A stretch of 63,266 nt of DNA, filler included. It is 6 parts of 6 records of this genome, joined end to end, with 100 filler letters (N's around TTAATTAATTAA, not from the genome) between each part and the next. Parts side by side here need not be neighbours in the genome. Positions count along the whole stretch, not along the records: positions 38,499 to 52,370 come from SRR2962707_3574; positions 52,471 to 63,266 come from SRR2962707_3575; 4 more parts are not named here. The stretch is one strand, 5' to 3'. Shown here piece after piece: positions 46,355 through 56,217 of this stretch. Below the pieces are notes generated by a model that saw only the letters and a list, made by a program, of their open reading frames with translations, was not told the DNA's origin and did no database searches. How positions within the stretch are numbered: the stretch's first letter is position 1; every line of letters begins with the position of its first letter. Both the position numbers and the translations under genes were made by a program.

Positions 46355-46828
46355 TCAATAGCCCCAGATCGACCGCTTCTCCACGCCATCGAAATATTCA
46401 TCGATCCGCTGGCTGGTCGCCGGGGTCACCTTCTCGGGCAGATTGTGCCGGTCGAACCAGCCCACTTCCGCGATTTCGTAGTCCGGCTTGCGCTCGAACT
46501 CGAAATTGAAGCTCTTGGCCACATAAAACGCCACATGGTCCCGGTTCGTCACCGGACTGGTATTGTGATAGAGCCCGAACAGCTCCATCGGCCCGGTCAC
46601 CCGATAGCCGGTTTCCTCCAGCGTTTCGCGCGCCCCGGCTTCCTCAAATGTCTCGCCAGGCCCCACGCCACCGCCGGGAAACTGCCAGCCCGGCACATAG
46701 GTATGGCGGATCAGCAGCACCTTGTCGCCATCCACCACCATCACCCGGGACCCCACGGTCATCCGGTGCCAGAGCCCTTTGAGGGTCAAAAAAGCGGTCG
46801 CGCGCACGCGCTGGAAGCGATTCATCAT
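46355..46828 (-). CDS. NUDIX hydrolase
   Basis: Nudix box PGGGVGPGETFEEAGARETLEETG. Confidence 0.92.
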   Translation of the reverse strand: MMNRFQRVRATAFLTLKGLWHRMTVGSRVMVVDGDKVLLIRHTYVPGWQFPGGGVGPGETFEEAGARETLEETGYRVTGPMELFGLYHNTSPVTNRDHVAFYVAKSFNFEFERKPDYEIAEVGWFDRHNLPEKVTPATSQRIDEYFDGVEKRSIWGY

Positions 46829-46941
46829 GGTCTTGGCTCCATCTCTGCCTCTTGGCTATCAGAGCTTTGCCCGCGACAAAATCGTGCGTTGTGTCGATTG
46901 AACGTTTTCTTGCCCCATCCGTTCTGGCACAACCCACCGCG

Positions 46942-47832
46942 ATGATCACTCTGGCCCACATTTCCGACATCCACCTGTCCCCCATGCCCGAGGTGGGTTT
47001 TCGCGATCTTCTGGGCAAACGGCTGACCGGCTTTCTCAACTGGAAGCTCAAGCGCCATGGCGAGATGAACACCGAGACCCTCGCGCGCCTGGTCGACCAT
47101 ATGCAGGACCAGCAGGCCGATTTCACCGCCGTCACCGGCGACCTCACCAATCTGGCGCTCGATAGCGAAGTCGAACGCGCCGGCCGCTGGCTGCGCGAAC
47201 TGGGCGGCGCCGACAAGACCGTGGTCTGCCCCGGCAATCACGACGCCTATGTCCCCGGCGCGCTGGAATATGCCCAGAGCGAATGGGGCGACTATCTCAA
47301 GGGTGAAACCGTGGAAGGCCAGGCCTTCCCCTTCGTCCGCCGCGTGGGCGAAGTGGCCATCATTTCCTGTTCCAGCGCCGTGCCCACCGCGCCCTTTTTC
47401 GCCATCGGCCGCTTCGAGGAGAAACAGGCCGCCCGCCTCTCGCGCATTCTCAAGCTATTGGGCGATGCCGGCTATTTCCGCGTCGTGCTGATCCATCACC
47501 CGCCCAATGCCGAATTGCAGCACCCCAGCTTCGGCCTCAAGGGCCACCGCATCTTCCGCCGCGTCATCACCGAAGAGGGCGCCGAGCTGGTGCTGCATGG
47601 CCACACCCACCGCTCCTCGATCCACCATATTCCCGGCAAGAACCACGAAGTACCGGTGATCGGGGTTGCCGCCGCCAGCGCCGCCCAGGGCGGCACGCTG
47701 GACGACCCGGCCCGCTACAACCTCTTTCGCATCGAGAAATCCGGCGAGGACTGGCGCTGCACCATGCGCGAATACGGCTTCCAGCGCCTGGGCGCCGACA
47801 TCGTCATGCGTATGCAGATGCGGATCTATTAG
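46942..47832 (+). CDS. Calcineurin-like metallophosphoesterase (Icc/CpdA-like)
   Basis: SDIH, TGDLTN, PGNHD, HHPP, LHGHTH. Confidence 0.93.
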   Translation: MITLAHISDIHLSPMPEVGFRDLLGKRLTGFLNWKLKRHGEMNTETLARLVDHMQDQQADFTAVTGDLTNLALDSEVERAGRWLRELGGADKTVVCPGNHDAYVPGALEYAQSEWGDYLKGETVEGQAFPFVRRVGEVAIISCSSAVPTAPFFAIGRFEEKQAARLSRILKLLGDAGYFRVVLIHHPPNAELQHPSFGLKGHRIFRRVITEEGAELVLHGHTHRSSIHHIPGKNHEVPVIGVAAASAAQGGTLDDPARYNLFRIEKSGEDWRCTMREYGFQRLGADIVMRMQMRIY

Positions 47833-48026
47833 GCCCATCGAACCCCGTTCGATGCTTTGGCACTTCTCGCGATGCTAGCGGCTCAACGTTCGCACTGGTC
47901 AGGCTCCTCATGTCTGCGTTGGCTTAGTTTGAGATGACCGGCAAGGTCGAGAACACGCCCCGCGCAGGAACCCGGCTGCACGGGGGGCGTGGCTGGATGC
48001 GCACAGGGTCGGAGGCCGCCCATCGG

Positions 48027-48125
48027 TGAATAGCCCCTGGATTTGTAGACGCTGTCTTCCCTAAGGGTGAACCAGCCGAGGCTGGCAAAACGAGAGTGGG
48101 ACTTCAGTCGACTGCAGCGGTCTGC
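48027..48125. mobile_element. Possible IS3-family terminal remnant
   Basis: TGAATAGCCCCTGGATTTGTAGAC resembles IS3-family (TGAAxxGCCCC) terminal inverted repeats; no transposase ORF follows. Confidence 0.4.
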
Positions 48126-48130
48126 ACCAC

Positions 48131-48682
48131 TTATGCTGGGTCAAAGGTCCTGGACGCCTCTATCGCAACCAGCCCCTTGGCGAAGCGGCGTGCGTTCTGC
48201 ACATAGCCCGATGCGGAACGCGCCAGGGAGGCAATTGCATCTGCATCCAGTGTCCGAACCACCTTTCCGGGGCTGCCAACAACCAGTGACCCATCCGGGA
48301 TTTCCTTGCCTTCCGTGATCAAAGCCCCGGCTCCGATCAGGCAGTCGCGGCCAATGCGCGCGCCATTGAGCACCGTTGCACCCATGCCGATCAGGGTGTT
48401 GTCGCCAATCGTGCAGCCATGCAGCATGGCCTTGTGGCCGATGGTGCAGCCTTTCCCGATGGTCAGCGGATGCCCCATATCGGTGTGCAGCACCGTGTTT
48501 TCCTGCACATTGCTGCCCACCCCAATCGTGATCTCTTCATTGTCTCCACGCGCGACCACGCCAAACCAGATGCTGGCGTCGGCATGCATGACGATCTTGC
48601 CCACCAGAACCGCCGTTGGCGCTATCCAGGCCGCTTGCGGGTCGATTCTCGGTGCATGTCCATCAAGGGCATAAAGGGGCAT
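48131..48682 (-). CDS. Gamma carbonic anhydrase-like hexapeptide-repeat protein
   Basis: [36 protein letters not shown]. Confidence 0.93.
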   Translation of the reverse strand: MPLYALDGHAPRIDPQAAWIAPTAVLVGKIVMHADASIWFGVVARGDNEEITIGVGSNVQENTVLHTDMGHPLTIGKGCTIGHKAMLHGCTIGDNTLIGMGATVLNGARIGRDCLIGAGALITEGKEIPDGSLVVGSPGKVVRTLDADAIASLARSASGYVQNARRFAKGLVAIEASRTFDPA

Positions 48683-48927
48683 CTCGGTCTCCTCCCAAAC
48701 GAAACTCCAACCGGACTGATCGGCATTGGCCACGACGCCGCACCACGGTCCCTGGCTGCGTTCCGCGCATATATCGCCGTCATCCTATGCCACAGCAAAG
48801 TACCGGGCAGGATCAGCGCCACCATGGGGGCCAATTCGCCGTTGAACAAGACCACCGCAGCCGGGTTCCGGCCGGATCCACTGAACGGCGTCTTCTTGTT
48901 CGCCACCGCCGTAAGGGCGATGGACAG

Positions 48928-50613
48928 TCAACGCGCCCAGTCCTTCTTTTTCGAGGTCTTGCCGATTCCCGGATTGAAACTGTTGGTCGGATCAAGCGCA
49001 CGGTAGAAATCACGCAATGCCGGCTTGGCGTGATAGAGATGGCCGACATTGTGTTCAGCCGGATACTCGGCGCCGCGCTGGTCCAGCAGCTGCAGCAACT
49101 GCTCCTCAATAGCCTCCGTATCTCCGCCCCTTTGCACGAGATACTCCTGGTGCATCACGTGACAGAAGAAGTGCCCGCAATACATCTTGCGCACAAACTG
49201 GCTGTCGAGCGCCGCCGGCAGGGCTTCAAACCAGTCCGTGGTGTTGCGTGGCAGGGCAATGTCGAGCGCCACGATGTCTTCGACATGATCCGGATGCACG
49301 TCCCGGAACCTTACTACGGAGCCACCGACAGCGAAGCGGTTGAGGAACGCGTCCTGCCCTTCCCGCGGGGTGCACTCAAGATAGTTTCCGCTGGCCGTCG
49401 GAAAACGGGAGGAGAGATATCGGCGTGCTTCCTCAACGCCCCCACCGCCCATCTTGAGCAGCAGATGATGCTCATACAGGTCCCGGTAGTCATTCAGCCG
49501 CCGCGGCAGATGCTGTGGCATCCAGCGCATGACGACCTGCAGCAGGCGATCAGTGAGATGGCCGCCCAGGCCGATGGCCTCGGTCAGCCCGTCCAGCCAG
49601 CTCTTGACCGCAAAGGCGGTTGGCACCTGGTCCGTGCCGAAGTATTTGACGAACAGAAACAGGTCCTTGCCGTAATCCTGCGACAACTCATAGGCGCCGC
49701 GATGCATGTATTCGCCAGCAATCGGTAAATGCTCGAAATCGGTGAGAATGCCGCGCCGGATGGTCGCCAGTTCCGAAGGATCATTGCTGCCAACATAGAA
49801 AACCGTCACATCCTTGTCGGCCTCGAAGGTATCGAGCCTTAGGGCGAACACGGCAATCTTGCCTGCCGATCCCGAGGCTTCATAGTGCCGTCTCGGATCT
49901 GCATTGAAGCGGGCGGGCGTTGACGCATCAACGTCCCGGACATGTTCGTGATAGCCGCGGTCCGAGGCCCATTGATTGTCGCTGCCCAGTACATCGGCCG
50001 GGCCATAGTCTGCCTTGTCTAGCCGCTGCAAGATCTCCTCGGCATCGCCGCCAAGTTCGATCCCCAGATGATTGACCAGATGCAGCTTTCCGGCGCTGTC
50101 GACCTGCGCAAACAGGGCAAGTTGCGTATAGGCCGGCCCACGCCGGATCAGCGAGCCGCCCGAATTGTTGCAGACGCCGCCTGTTACAGAAGCGCCGATG
50201 CAGGATGAGCCGATGACCGAATGCGGCTCCCGACCGATATCCCGCAAGCGCTTTTCCAGCTTGTCCAGTGTCGCCCCGGGCAGGCACAGGACCTGCCGTC
50301 CCTCGTCCAGCAGGTCAACGCGGTCCATGCGCATGGTGTTGATGATGACAATAGGACGATCATAGCCCTCACCGTCCGGCGTTGAGCCGCCTGTCAGACC
50401 CGTATTGGCCGCTTGCACGATGACGATGACGTCATGGGCCACGCAGGCCTGGATGACCCGCCATTGCTCGACCAGGGAGCCGGGACGCACGGCTGCAAGC
50501 ACGCGGCCCTCGCCGAAGCGATAGCCCTTGCGGAAACGCCGCGTCTGCCGGTCTCCCACCAGAACATGACGGCGCCCGACGATGGCTTGAAACGTCTCGA
50601 TCAGCGCGTGCAC
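48928..50613 (-). CDS. dld: FAD/quinone-dependent D-lactate dehydrogenase
   Basis: QAANTGLTGGSTP, REPHSVIGSSCIGAS, NNSGG, EYPAEHNVGHLY, DPTNSFNPGIGKTS. Confidence 0.95.
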   Translation of the reverse strand: MHALIETFQAIVGRRHVLVGDRQTRRFRKGYRFGEGRVLAAVRPGSLVEQWRVIQACVAHDVIVIVQAANTGLTGGSTPDGEGYDRPIVIINTMRMDRVDLLDEGRQVLCLPGATLDKLEKRLRDIGREPHSVIGSSCIGASVTGGVCNNSGGSLIRRGPAYTQLALFAQVDSAGKLHLVNHLGIELGGDAEEILQRLDKADYGPADVLGSDNQWASDRGYHEHVRDVDASTPARFNADPRRHYEASGSAGKIAVFALRLDTFEADKDVTVFYVGSNDPSELATIRRGILTDFEHLPIAGEYMHRGAYELSQDYGKDLFLFVKYFGTDQVPTAFAVKSWLDGLTEAIGLGGHLTDRLLQVVMRWMPQHLPRRLNDYRDLYEHHLLLKMGGGGVEEARRYLSSRFPTASGNYLECTPREGQDAFLNRFAVGGSVVRFRDVHPDHVEDIVALDIALPRNTTDWFEALPAALDSQFVRKMYCGHFFCHVMHQEYLVQRGGDTEAIEEQLLQLLDQRGAEYPAEHNVGHLYHAKPALRDFYRALDPTNSFNPGIGKTSKKKDWAR

Positions 50614-50633
50614 GTCATCTCCCGGCGGTAAGA

Positions 50634-50655
50634 GCAGGCGCCCGAAGGCGCCTGC
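50634..50655 (-). terminator. Stable intergenic hairpin with UUCG loop (minus strand)
   Basis: GCAGGCGCC-TTCG-GGCGCCTGC between the RraA-like gene and dld; weak U-tract. Confidence 0.55.
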
Positions 50656-50664
50656 ATATCCGCT

Positions 50665-51390
50665 TTACCAGGGGCGCTCTTCCAATTCGACCGTCTTGTC
50701 GAACGGCATGCCCAGCTTCTCGTAGAAGGCGCGACGCATGCGGCGGTCCTTGTCCTGAACCATCCAGGCCCGCTTGGCGATTTCTTCGCCGTCTTCCTGC
50801 GGGATCACCACGATCCCGTCATCGTCGGCAATAACGCCATCGCCCGGTCGAACATAGACGCCGCCGCAGGTGATCGGCTTGCCCATTGAGGAGAGCTCGA
50901 GCCGGCCCGCCATGTGGCGCATCGAGCGGACCGAGCAGAAAACCGGGTCCTTCTGCATGATGCACTCACCGGAGTCGCGGCAAGCGCCGTCGATAATGAA
51001 ACCAACCGATCCCTTGACCCGCGCATCAAGCAAATTGTTCGAGCCCAGCAGGCCGCAGCGGGACTGTTTGGTGTCCACGACGTGCACTTCATCAGGAGCA
51101 CCGAAGCTGTGGCCAGCCGGCCAAAGGGCGTCGGGATGGCTGCTGCGGTCCGGATTGCGCTTGTACTGGCGATCATCGAACTCTTCGTAGCTCATCGCCG
51201 GGATGGTGCGGTTGATGATATTGAACTCGGCGGTCGTGGCAATGCCGGCAAAAAAGATGCCGGGGAACATTGGGCGCAGCCGCGGATCCATCTCATAGGT
51301 ATTCATGTAGCCCATGGAATCCAGGGCGTCGGTCACATCTGAGGTACGTACCTTGCGCAGGATCTCGAGTGTGCTGCTATTGATGGCCAT
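50665..51390 (-). CDS. RraA / HMG-aldolase family protein
   Basis: TSDVTDALD, IIDGACRD, GGVYVRPGD.VIADDDGIVVIP. Confidence 0.85.
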   Translation of the reverse strand: MAINSSTLEILRKVRTSDVTDALDSMGYMNTYEMDPRLRPMFPGIFFAGIATTAEFNIINRTIPAMSYEEFDDRQYKRNPDRSSHPDALWPAGHSFGAPDEVHVVDTKQSRCGLLGSNNLLDARVKGSVGFIIDGACRDSGECIMQKDPVFCSVRSMRHMAGRLELSSMGKPITCGGVYVRPGDGVIADDDGIVVIPQEDGEEIAKRAWMVQDKDRRMRRAFYEKLGMPFDKTVELEERPW

Positions 51391-51451
51391 GTTACTTTCC
51401 TTCTGGTGATTGCAGGTTTGACGGCGCCCGCACATGCGGGCGCTGATCAGC

Positions 51452-52370
51452 TCAGTTGAGGATCGACAGGCCGGTCTCGCCGTCGAAGAAATGCATGCGG
51501 GTGGTGTCGAACCAGACAGTCACCGTGTCGCCCAGGCGCACCTGGCTTTTGGCGTTAAAGCGGGCAATGCAGCGCGCCTTGCCGGCCTTGGACTTGATTT
51601 CGTCCAGACTGTCCGAGCTGCGCACTTCGGCCAGCTTTGCGTCGATGCCGATATGGACGATCACATCCGAACCAAGGGCTTCGACCAGATCGACTTCAGC
51701 AGCGATGCAATCGGACGGATCGGCGTTGGCAATCGAGGATGCCTCGGCAAGATCCTCGGGCCGAATACCCACGATCAGCTTGCGTCCGGCATATTGCGAC
51801 AGGCTGGAAAATTGCTCGACAAGCGTTGCCGGAAGCTTCAACCGATTTTCGCCCAGCCGAAGGAAGAGCGTATCGCTCTCCTTTTCGAGTTCGGCCCAAT
51901 ACATGTTCATCGTGGGCGAACCGATAAAGGCGGCGACAAAGGTATTGCGCGGCTTATTGTAGATATTGGACGGGGTGTCGACCTGCTGGAGCACGCCATC
52001 CTTGAGCAGGGCCACCCGGTGCCCCATGGTCATGGCTTCGACCTGGTCGTGGGTCACATAGACGGTCGTGACACCCAGCCGGTGCTGGATTGACGCAATT
52101 TCGGCGCGCATCTGCACACGCAGCTTGGCATCCAGGTTGGACAGTGGTTCGTCCATCAGGAAGACGGAGGGCTTGCGCACAATCGCCCGGCCCATGGCAA
52201 CACGCTGGCGCTGACCGCCGGATAGCTGGCCCGGACGCCGCTTGAGATAGGCTTCAAGCTCAAGCACGCGCGCAGCTTCCTGCACCCGCTTGTCCACCTC
52301 CTCCTTGGGCATTTTTGCGATTTGGAGCGGGAAAGCGATGTTGTCGTAAACGCTCATATGCGGATAGAGC
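51452..52370 (-). CDS. Sugar ABC transporter ATP-binding subunit (MalK/UgpC-like), 5' truncated
   Basis: ALYPHMSV, LSGGQRQRVAMGRA, MDEPLSNLDAKLR, VTHDQVEAMT, C-terminal TOBE-like region. Confidence 0.95.
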
Positions 52371-52470
52371 NNNNNNNNNNNNNNNNNNNNNNNNNNNNNN
52401 NNNNNNNNNNNNNNTTAATTAATTAANNNNNNNNNNNNNNNNNNNNNNNNNNNNNNNNNNNNNNNNNNNN
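52371..52470. other. Artificial contig spacer 5
   Basis: N-run with linker. Confidence 0.98.
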
Positions 52471-52723
52471 GCCATACCTGGTGGGTGTGAAGTGCTACAA
52501 GATCTCCTTCCCCAATGCACCGAACAAAAGTGATGGATTTGTCAGGGTATTCTTCCTGCATGCGCTCAAAATAGTCAATGAATCCTTGCGTGCCGTCTGC
52601 TACATCAGGATTGTGCTGGATGTATGTTTTGCCAACGAATTGCTCAATGGCTTCTTGAGGATTTCCCTCGTAGGCCATTTTGTAGAACGCGATGGCGTTT
52701 TGCTTGTTTGCTTCTGTACCCAT
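52471..52723 (-). CDS. SnoaL/NTF2-like protein, 3' truncated
   Basis: NKQNAIAFY, YIQHNP, EGDLVALH. Confidence 0.85.
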
Positions 52724-52836
52724 TTGATTTGTTGGTTGTGCCTCTATAACATAGGTCCTTGTTGAAATTGTTCAAAAGTGAGCACAGTAGGGTTATTCGG
52801 AACTTGAGTGTACACATAGAAAGAAACCAGAAGACA

Positions 52837-53490
52837 ATGCGAACGCTATTAATTTCTCTTATCCTATGTTATCTGATTGCAGGCTGCAGTGACGAGGGCC
52901 CGGCTCCACATTTTCAAATTGATCCCTACGCCGGTATCAATCTGAGTAATCCTCAGGTAGGCGATCAGGCCATTTATCTACGTTACAAAAGTGGATGTGA
53001 CGGTGGTTTTGCTTTTACCGGGGACACGCTGAGAGTAACGGTGACCGAACGCAATGATTCCCTTTTCTTATTCGAACAGGCAGTTATTGAGGGGGATATG
53101 ATTCATCTCTTTGAACATGTCATCATACCAAAAGATGGATATGTGTTGGTGCCACAACGAGGTGCATCAAGACTACTTTACTTCTATGGGAACGACACCA
53201 TTTTTCTGGATAGAGCACCCAATGTGTCGTTGGTTCAGCAGGGATGCAGGCTCTACCAGGGTACAGAAGAGTTTGTAGGAGATGCCATTGGATCGGTGGA
53301 CGAGTTTCGTTTTGGAGAATTTACTATTACTGACAAGAAGGGCATATCCTGCGTTCCGGGATTTATCGATTTAGATGCCTACATTTTCTATGATGATTAC
53401 CTCAATGTTGTTCATACCATAAGTGAATTGGATGTTACTAGCATTGAAGGATATGTAGCCATTAGGGTAGGATTGATCCCTTTTGATTAA
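52837..53490 (+). CDS. Hypothetical lipoprotein
   Basis: Lipobox IAGC after a hydrophobic stretch. Confidence 0.75.
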   Translation: MRTLLISLILCYLIAGCSDEGPAPHFQIDPYAGINLSNPQVGDQAIYLRYKSGCDGGFAFTGDTLRVTVTERNDSLFLFEQAVIEGDMIHLFEHVIIPKDGYVLVPQRGASRLLYFYGNDTIFLDRAPNVSLVQQGCRLYQGTEEFVGDAIGSVDEFRFGEFTITDKKGISCVPGFIDLDAYIFYDDYLNVVHTISELDVTSIEGYVAIRVGLIPFD

Positions 53491-54263
53491 GCACCCGGGC
53501 TAAATCTATCCTTCCCTGACGCAATACGATCCTCTTTGAAGTCTTCCAACAATGCCATCATTTCTTTGTGAATCTCATAGAGTGATGTCTCAGCGATGTA
53601 TTCAGGTGTGAATTTGCAGTAGGCAATAAAATCCGTAAGCTCATCACCCTTCAGCTTGGTTTCTTGTGCCACCCATTCACGGTTGAATTTCAAATGGGCA
53701 TTTTCAATGAGATTTTTTCGCTCCAGTAGTTTTTGAAGCTTCTTACGTTCTTTCCCTTTTTTAGTCCATCCATCCAAGCTAAAAGGTATCCCGATTGATG
53801 GTGCCAGGCCCGGTTCCTGCATTTCCTGTATGGTGGGTGGTTCGTAGACGACCACTTTGGGTAGATCGAATGTGATGACCGAATCCACAGGTTCCGTATC
53901 AATCACCATTTGTTTGAACCGCCAGTATTCCGGGAAGACTGTGACCGTAATTTCCGGAAGCTGATCATTTGAGATTTCAAGAAAGTAGGTATCCATCTTT
54001 TCAGCGTCTGTCGCATGTATCACCTTTTCGATGGACTTGAATCCAACGAACGTCATGAGGATGGTATCACCCTCGGTCACCGGTATCTTGAATGTGCCAT
54101 TCACTGCAGAGATGGCAAGGGTGCCGGCTGTGATATTTCGTACATGCACTCCAAGCATGGGTTCATGGGTTTTGGCATCCTTGATGACGCCCCGAAAATT
54201 AACTTCCTGGGTCATGCCAGCGAGCTTGCAGCTCAATAAAGCTATGATCAGTAAAATTCTCAC
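53487..54263 (-). CDS. Carboxypeptidase-regulatory-like (CarboxypepD_reg) domain protein
   Basis: GVIKDAKTHEPM.GVHV...NGTFKI...TFVGFK...LPEITV. Confidence 0.8.
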   Translation of the reverse strand: MRILLIIALLSCKLAGMTQEVNFRGVIKDAKTHEPMLGVHVRNITAGTLAISAVNGTFKIPVTEGDTILMTFVGFKSIEKVIHATDAEKMDTYFLEISNDQLPEITVTVFPEYWRFKQMVIDTEPVDSVITFDLPKVVVYEPPTIQEMQEPGLAPSIGIPFSLDGWTKKGKERKKLQKLLERKNLIENAHLKFNREWVAQETKLKGDELTDFIAYCKFTPEYIAETSLYEIHKEMMALLEDFKEDRIASGKDRFSPGA

Positions 54264-54334
54264 GATTCAAATATCCTGAACCATCAGATGAAATTTCAGG
54301 ATTTAAGATTATTTAACACCCACTGTCAGAGCCA

Positions 54335-55765
54335 TTACCGTTCCAGTTTTTCCGAAAGCTCTTTGATGATGGAAAGTAGCAGGTCAACTTTTTGCTTGTG
54401 GGTTCGAAAAACAACAATAGCTACCCTTATCCAAAAGGTGCCATTGATGGTGGTGGAGGAAAGAAAGATCCGGCCATCATCCTGGATCGCTTTGATCAGT
54501 TTTTCATTAAATTGGTTAGTATCGCCGGAATTTGGCAGGTAGCGAAAGATAGTGATGGACAAGTCAGGTTCAGGGCCAACCTCAAACCGATCTGTCTTTT
54601 GAAGCTCTTGCCGAAAGTATCGGGCCAGCAACATTTTCTCTTCCAGGGCGGCCCGAAAGGGCTTCAAACCAAACAATTTCATCGGCAGCCACATGCGCAA
54701 ACCACGGAAATGTTTCGTCAACTCAGGTGATACGTCTGCCGCATTCACTTCCTGATCTGAATCCACCAAGTCTTGCAAATAATCAGCTGTATACCGATGG
54801 GCGCTGTACAATGATTGCAAATCCTTAATCAACACCGCACCGGTCCCAAAAGGCAGAAACAAACTCTTATGTGGATCAAGGGTGATAGAATCCGCTTGCT
54901 CGATTCCGGCCGTTCGATCTTTTATCTCAGGAACCAATCGGAAAAATCCGCCATAGGCTGCATCCACATGAAACCAAAGCTGATTCCGTCTGGCAATGGC
55001 CGCCATCTCTGCAATCGGGTCGATGGTGCCGGTGTTAGTGGTGCCAAGTGATGCATTCAGAAAAAATGGGTAAAGTCCGGCTTTCCGGTCGTCTTCAATT
55101 TGGCGATCCAGCTGGGAAACATCAAGCCGAAAGTTATCATCGATGGGTAAGTATCGAAGCTGGGCTTCTCCCAGGCCGGCTATGCGCAGGGCTTTTTGGA
55201 GGGAGTGATGGGCCTGATCGGAGAGGTAGACAACTAGTTTATGGAAGTTCTTTGCTTTAACTCCCATCGCTTCCCGTGCCGTCACCACCGCGATCAGATT
55301 GGAAATGGAGCCTCCTGAAGTCAGGTTGCCTGTGGCCGTGGACGGGAATCCCATGAGATCATTCATCCAGCGAATGAGCCGATTTTCCATGCGTGCTGCA
55401 CCGGGAGCCGGAAAGTAGATGCCTGCATATTTATTGCTGATTGCAGCAAGGTAGTCACCCAATGCCGACGGGAAGAGCCCACCACCCGGGACGTATCCCA
55501 TGTGCCCACCGGATGCCGCATTGATGCCGTCTTTCTCAATCCGTGTTTGAATGTATTCCAGTAGGTCTTCCATTCGGGATGGTACTTCAGTGAACGTTTC
55601 GGAATCTGTCGTTACAGGATTTTGAATGTAGGCATCATCATCCGGGAGTGTGGAAAGAAATGCATTGGAATGATCAATAACCTTTTGTGTGAGGGATGCG
55701 CGGGAAGATTCATCCGGCTCCAACTGACGAGCTATCGCTTCAAGTACCTTAAGTTTTTCGATCAT
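54335..55765 (-). CDS. Aromatic-L-amino-acid decarboxylase-like group II PLP enzyme
   Basis: GYVPGGG, TSGGSISN, HHSLQKA, GTTNTG, HVDAAYGG, DPHK (PLP lysine). Confidence 0.92.
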   Translation of the reverse strand: MIEKLKVLEAIARQLEPDESSRASLTQKVIDHSNAFLSTLPDDDAYIQNPVTTDSETFTEVPSRMEDLLEYIQTRIEKDGINAASGGHMGYVPGGGLFPSALGDYLAAISNKYAGIYFPAPGAARMENRLIRWMNDLMGFPSTATGNLTSGGSISNLIAVVTAREAMGVKAKNFHKLVVYLSDQAHHSLQKALRIAGLGEAQLRYLPIDDNFRLDVSQLDRQIEDDRKAGLYPFFLNASLGTTNTGTIDPIAEMAAIARRNQLWFHVDAAYGGFFRLVPEIKDRTAGIEQADSITLDPHKSLFLPFGTGAVLIKDLQSLYSAHRYTADYLQDLVDSDQEVNAADVSPELTKHFRGLRMWLPMKLFGLKPFRAALEEKMLLARYFRQELQKTDRFEVGPEPDLSITIFRYLPNSGDTNQFNEKLIKAIQDDGRIFLSSTTINGTFWIRVAIVVFRTHKQKVDLLLSIIKELSEKLER

Positions 55766-55802
55766 GAAGATCAAAAATAGGGAAGAAGTAGAAGGGTAAA
55801 AA

Positions 55803-56102
55803 CTATCCGGTAATCACATATCCGGGAGGGGTAACCAACAGGAACCAATGGAGCATCACCACAGCCACACCTGTTAGCAAGACAAGCGAGTGGAAACCCA
55901 AATCCTTCCAGCGTCCGGTTCGGATGTCTTTGATAAGCAGAATGAAAAACAGGATAATGGTAGCAGGCAGCAATCCCAACACCCAAATCCATCCAAGTGT
56001 AGTGGGGGAGTAGATCCCGATCAGCCATTCTATTGGGAGGAAGCGCACAATGACCGTGACACTCAATAAAAGGTAGAATGAAATATGTAACCTGGTTTTC
56101 AT
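55803..56102 (-). CDS. Small three-TM membrane protein
   Basis: Three hydrophobic segments; co-oriented with the decarboxylase. Confidence 0.6.
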   Translation of the reverse strand: MKTRLHISFYLLLSVTVIVRFLPIEWLIGIYSPTTLGWIWVLGLLPATIILFFILLIKDIRTGRWKDLGFHSLVLLTGVAVVMLHWFLLVTPPGYVITG

Positions 56103-56217
56103 GGGTCTTTTCTTAGATAACAATAGAAAAAGGCAGAGTGTTTGAATTTTTAAGGAAATAATTTGACCGGTCGTGTAATCCTAAAATCTGATAAGCCAGC
56201 AACTCGTTAGCTACCTC

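Noticed and set aside
48700-48927. Separate gene between dld and gamma-CA (48622-48906)
   Set aside because: Overlaps the gamma-CA start and has no recognisable motif; unsupported.
39897-49728. Long antisense or alternate-frame ORFs (e.g. 39897-41033, 41369-42217, 44210-45217, 45296-46216, 48616-49728)
   Set aside because: Shadow ORFs expected opposite real genes in GC-rich DNA; no motifs or RBS support.
33874-55765. Two PLP decarboxylases as one biogenic-amine cluster
   Set aside because: They are on different contigs and belong to different subfamilies; no linkage can be shown.
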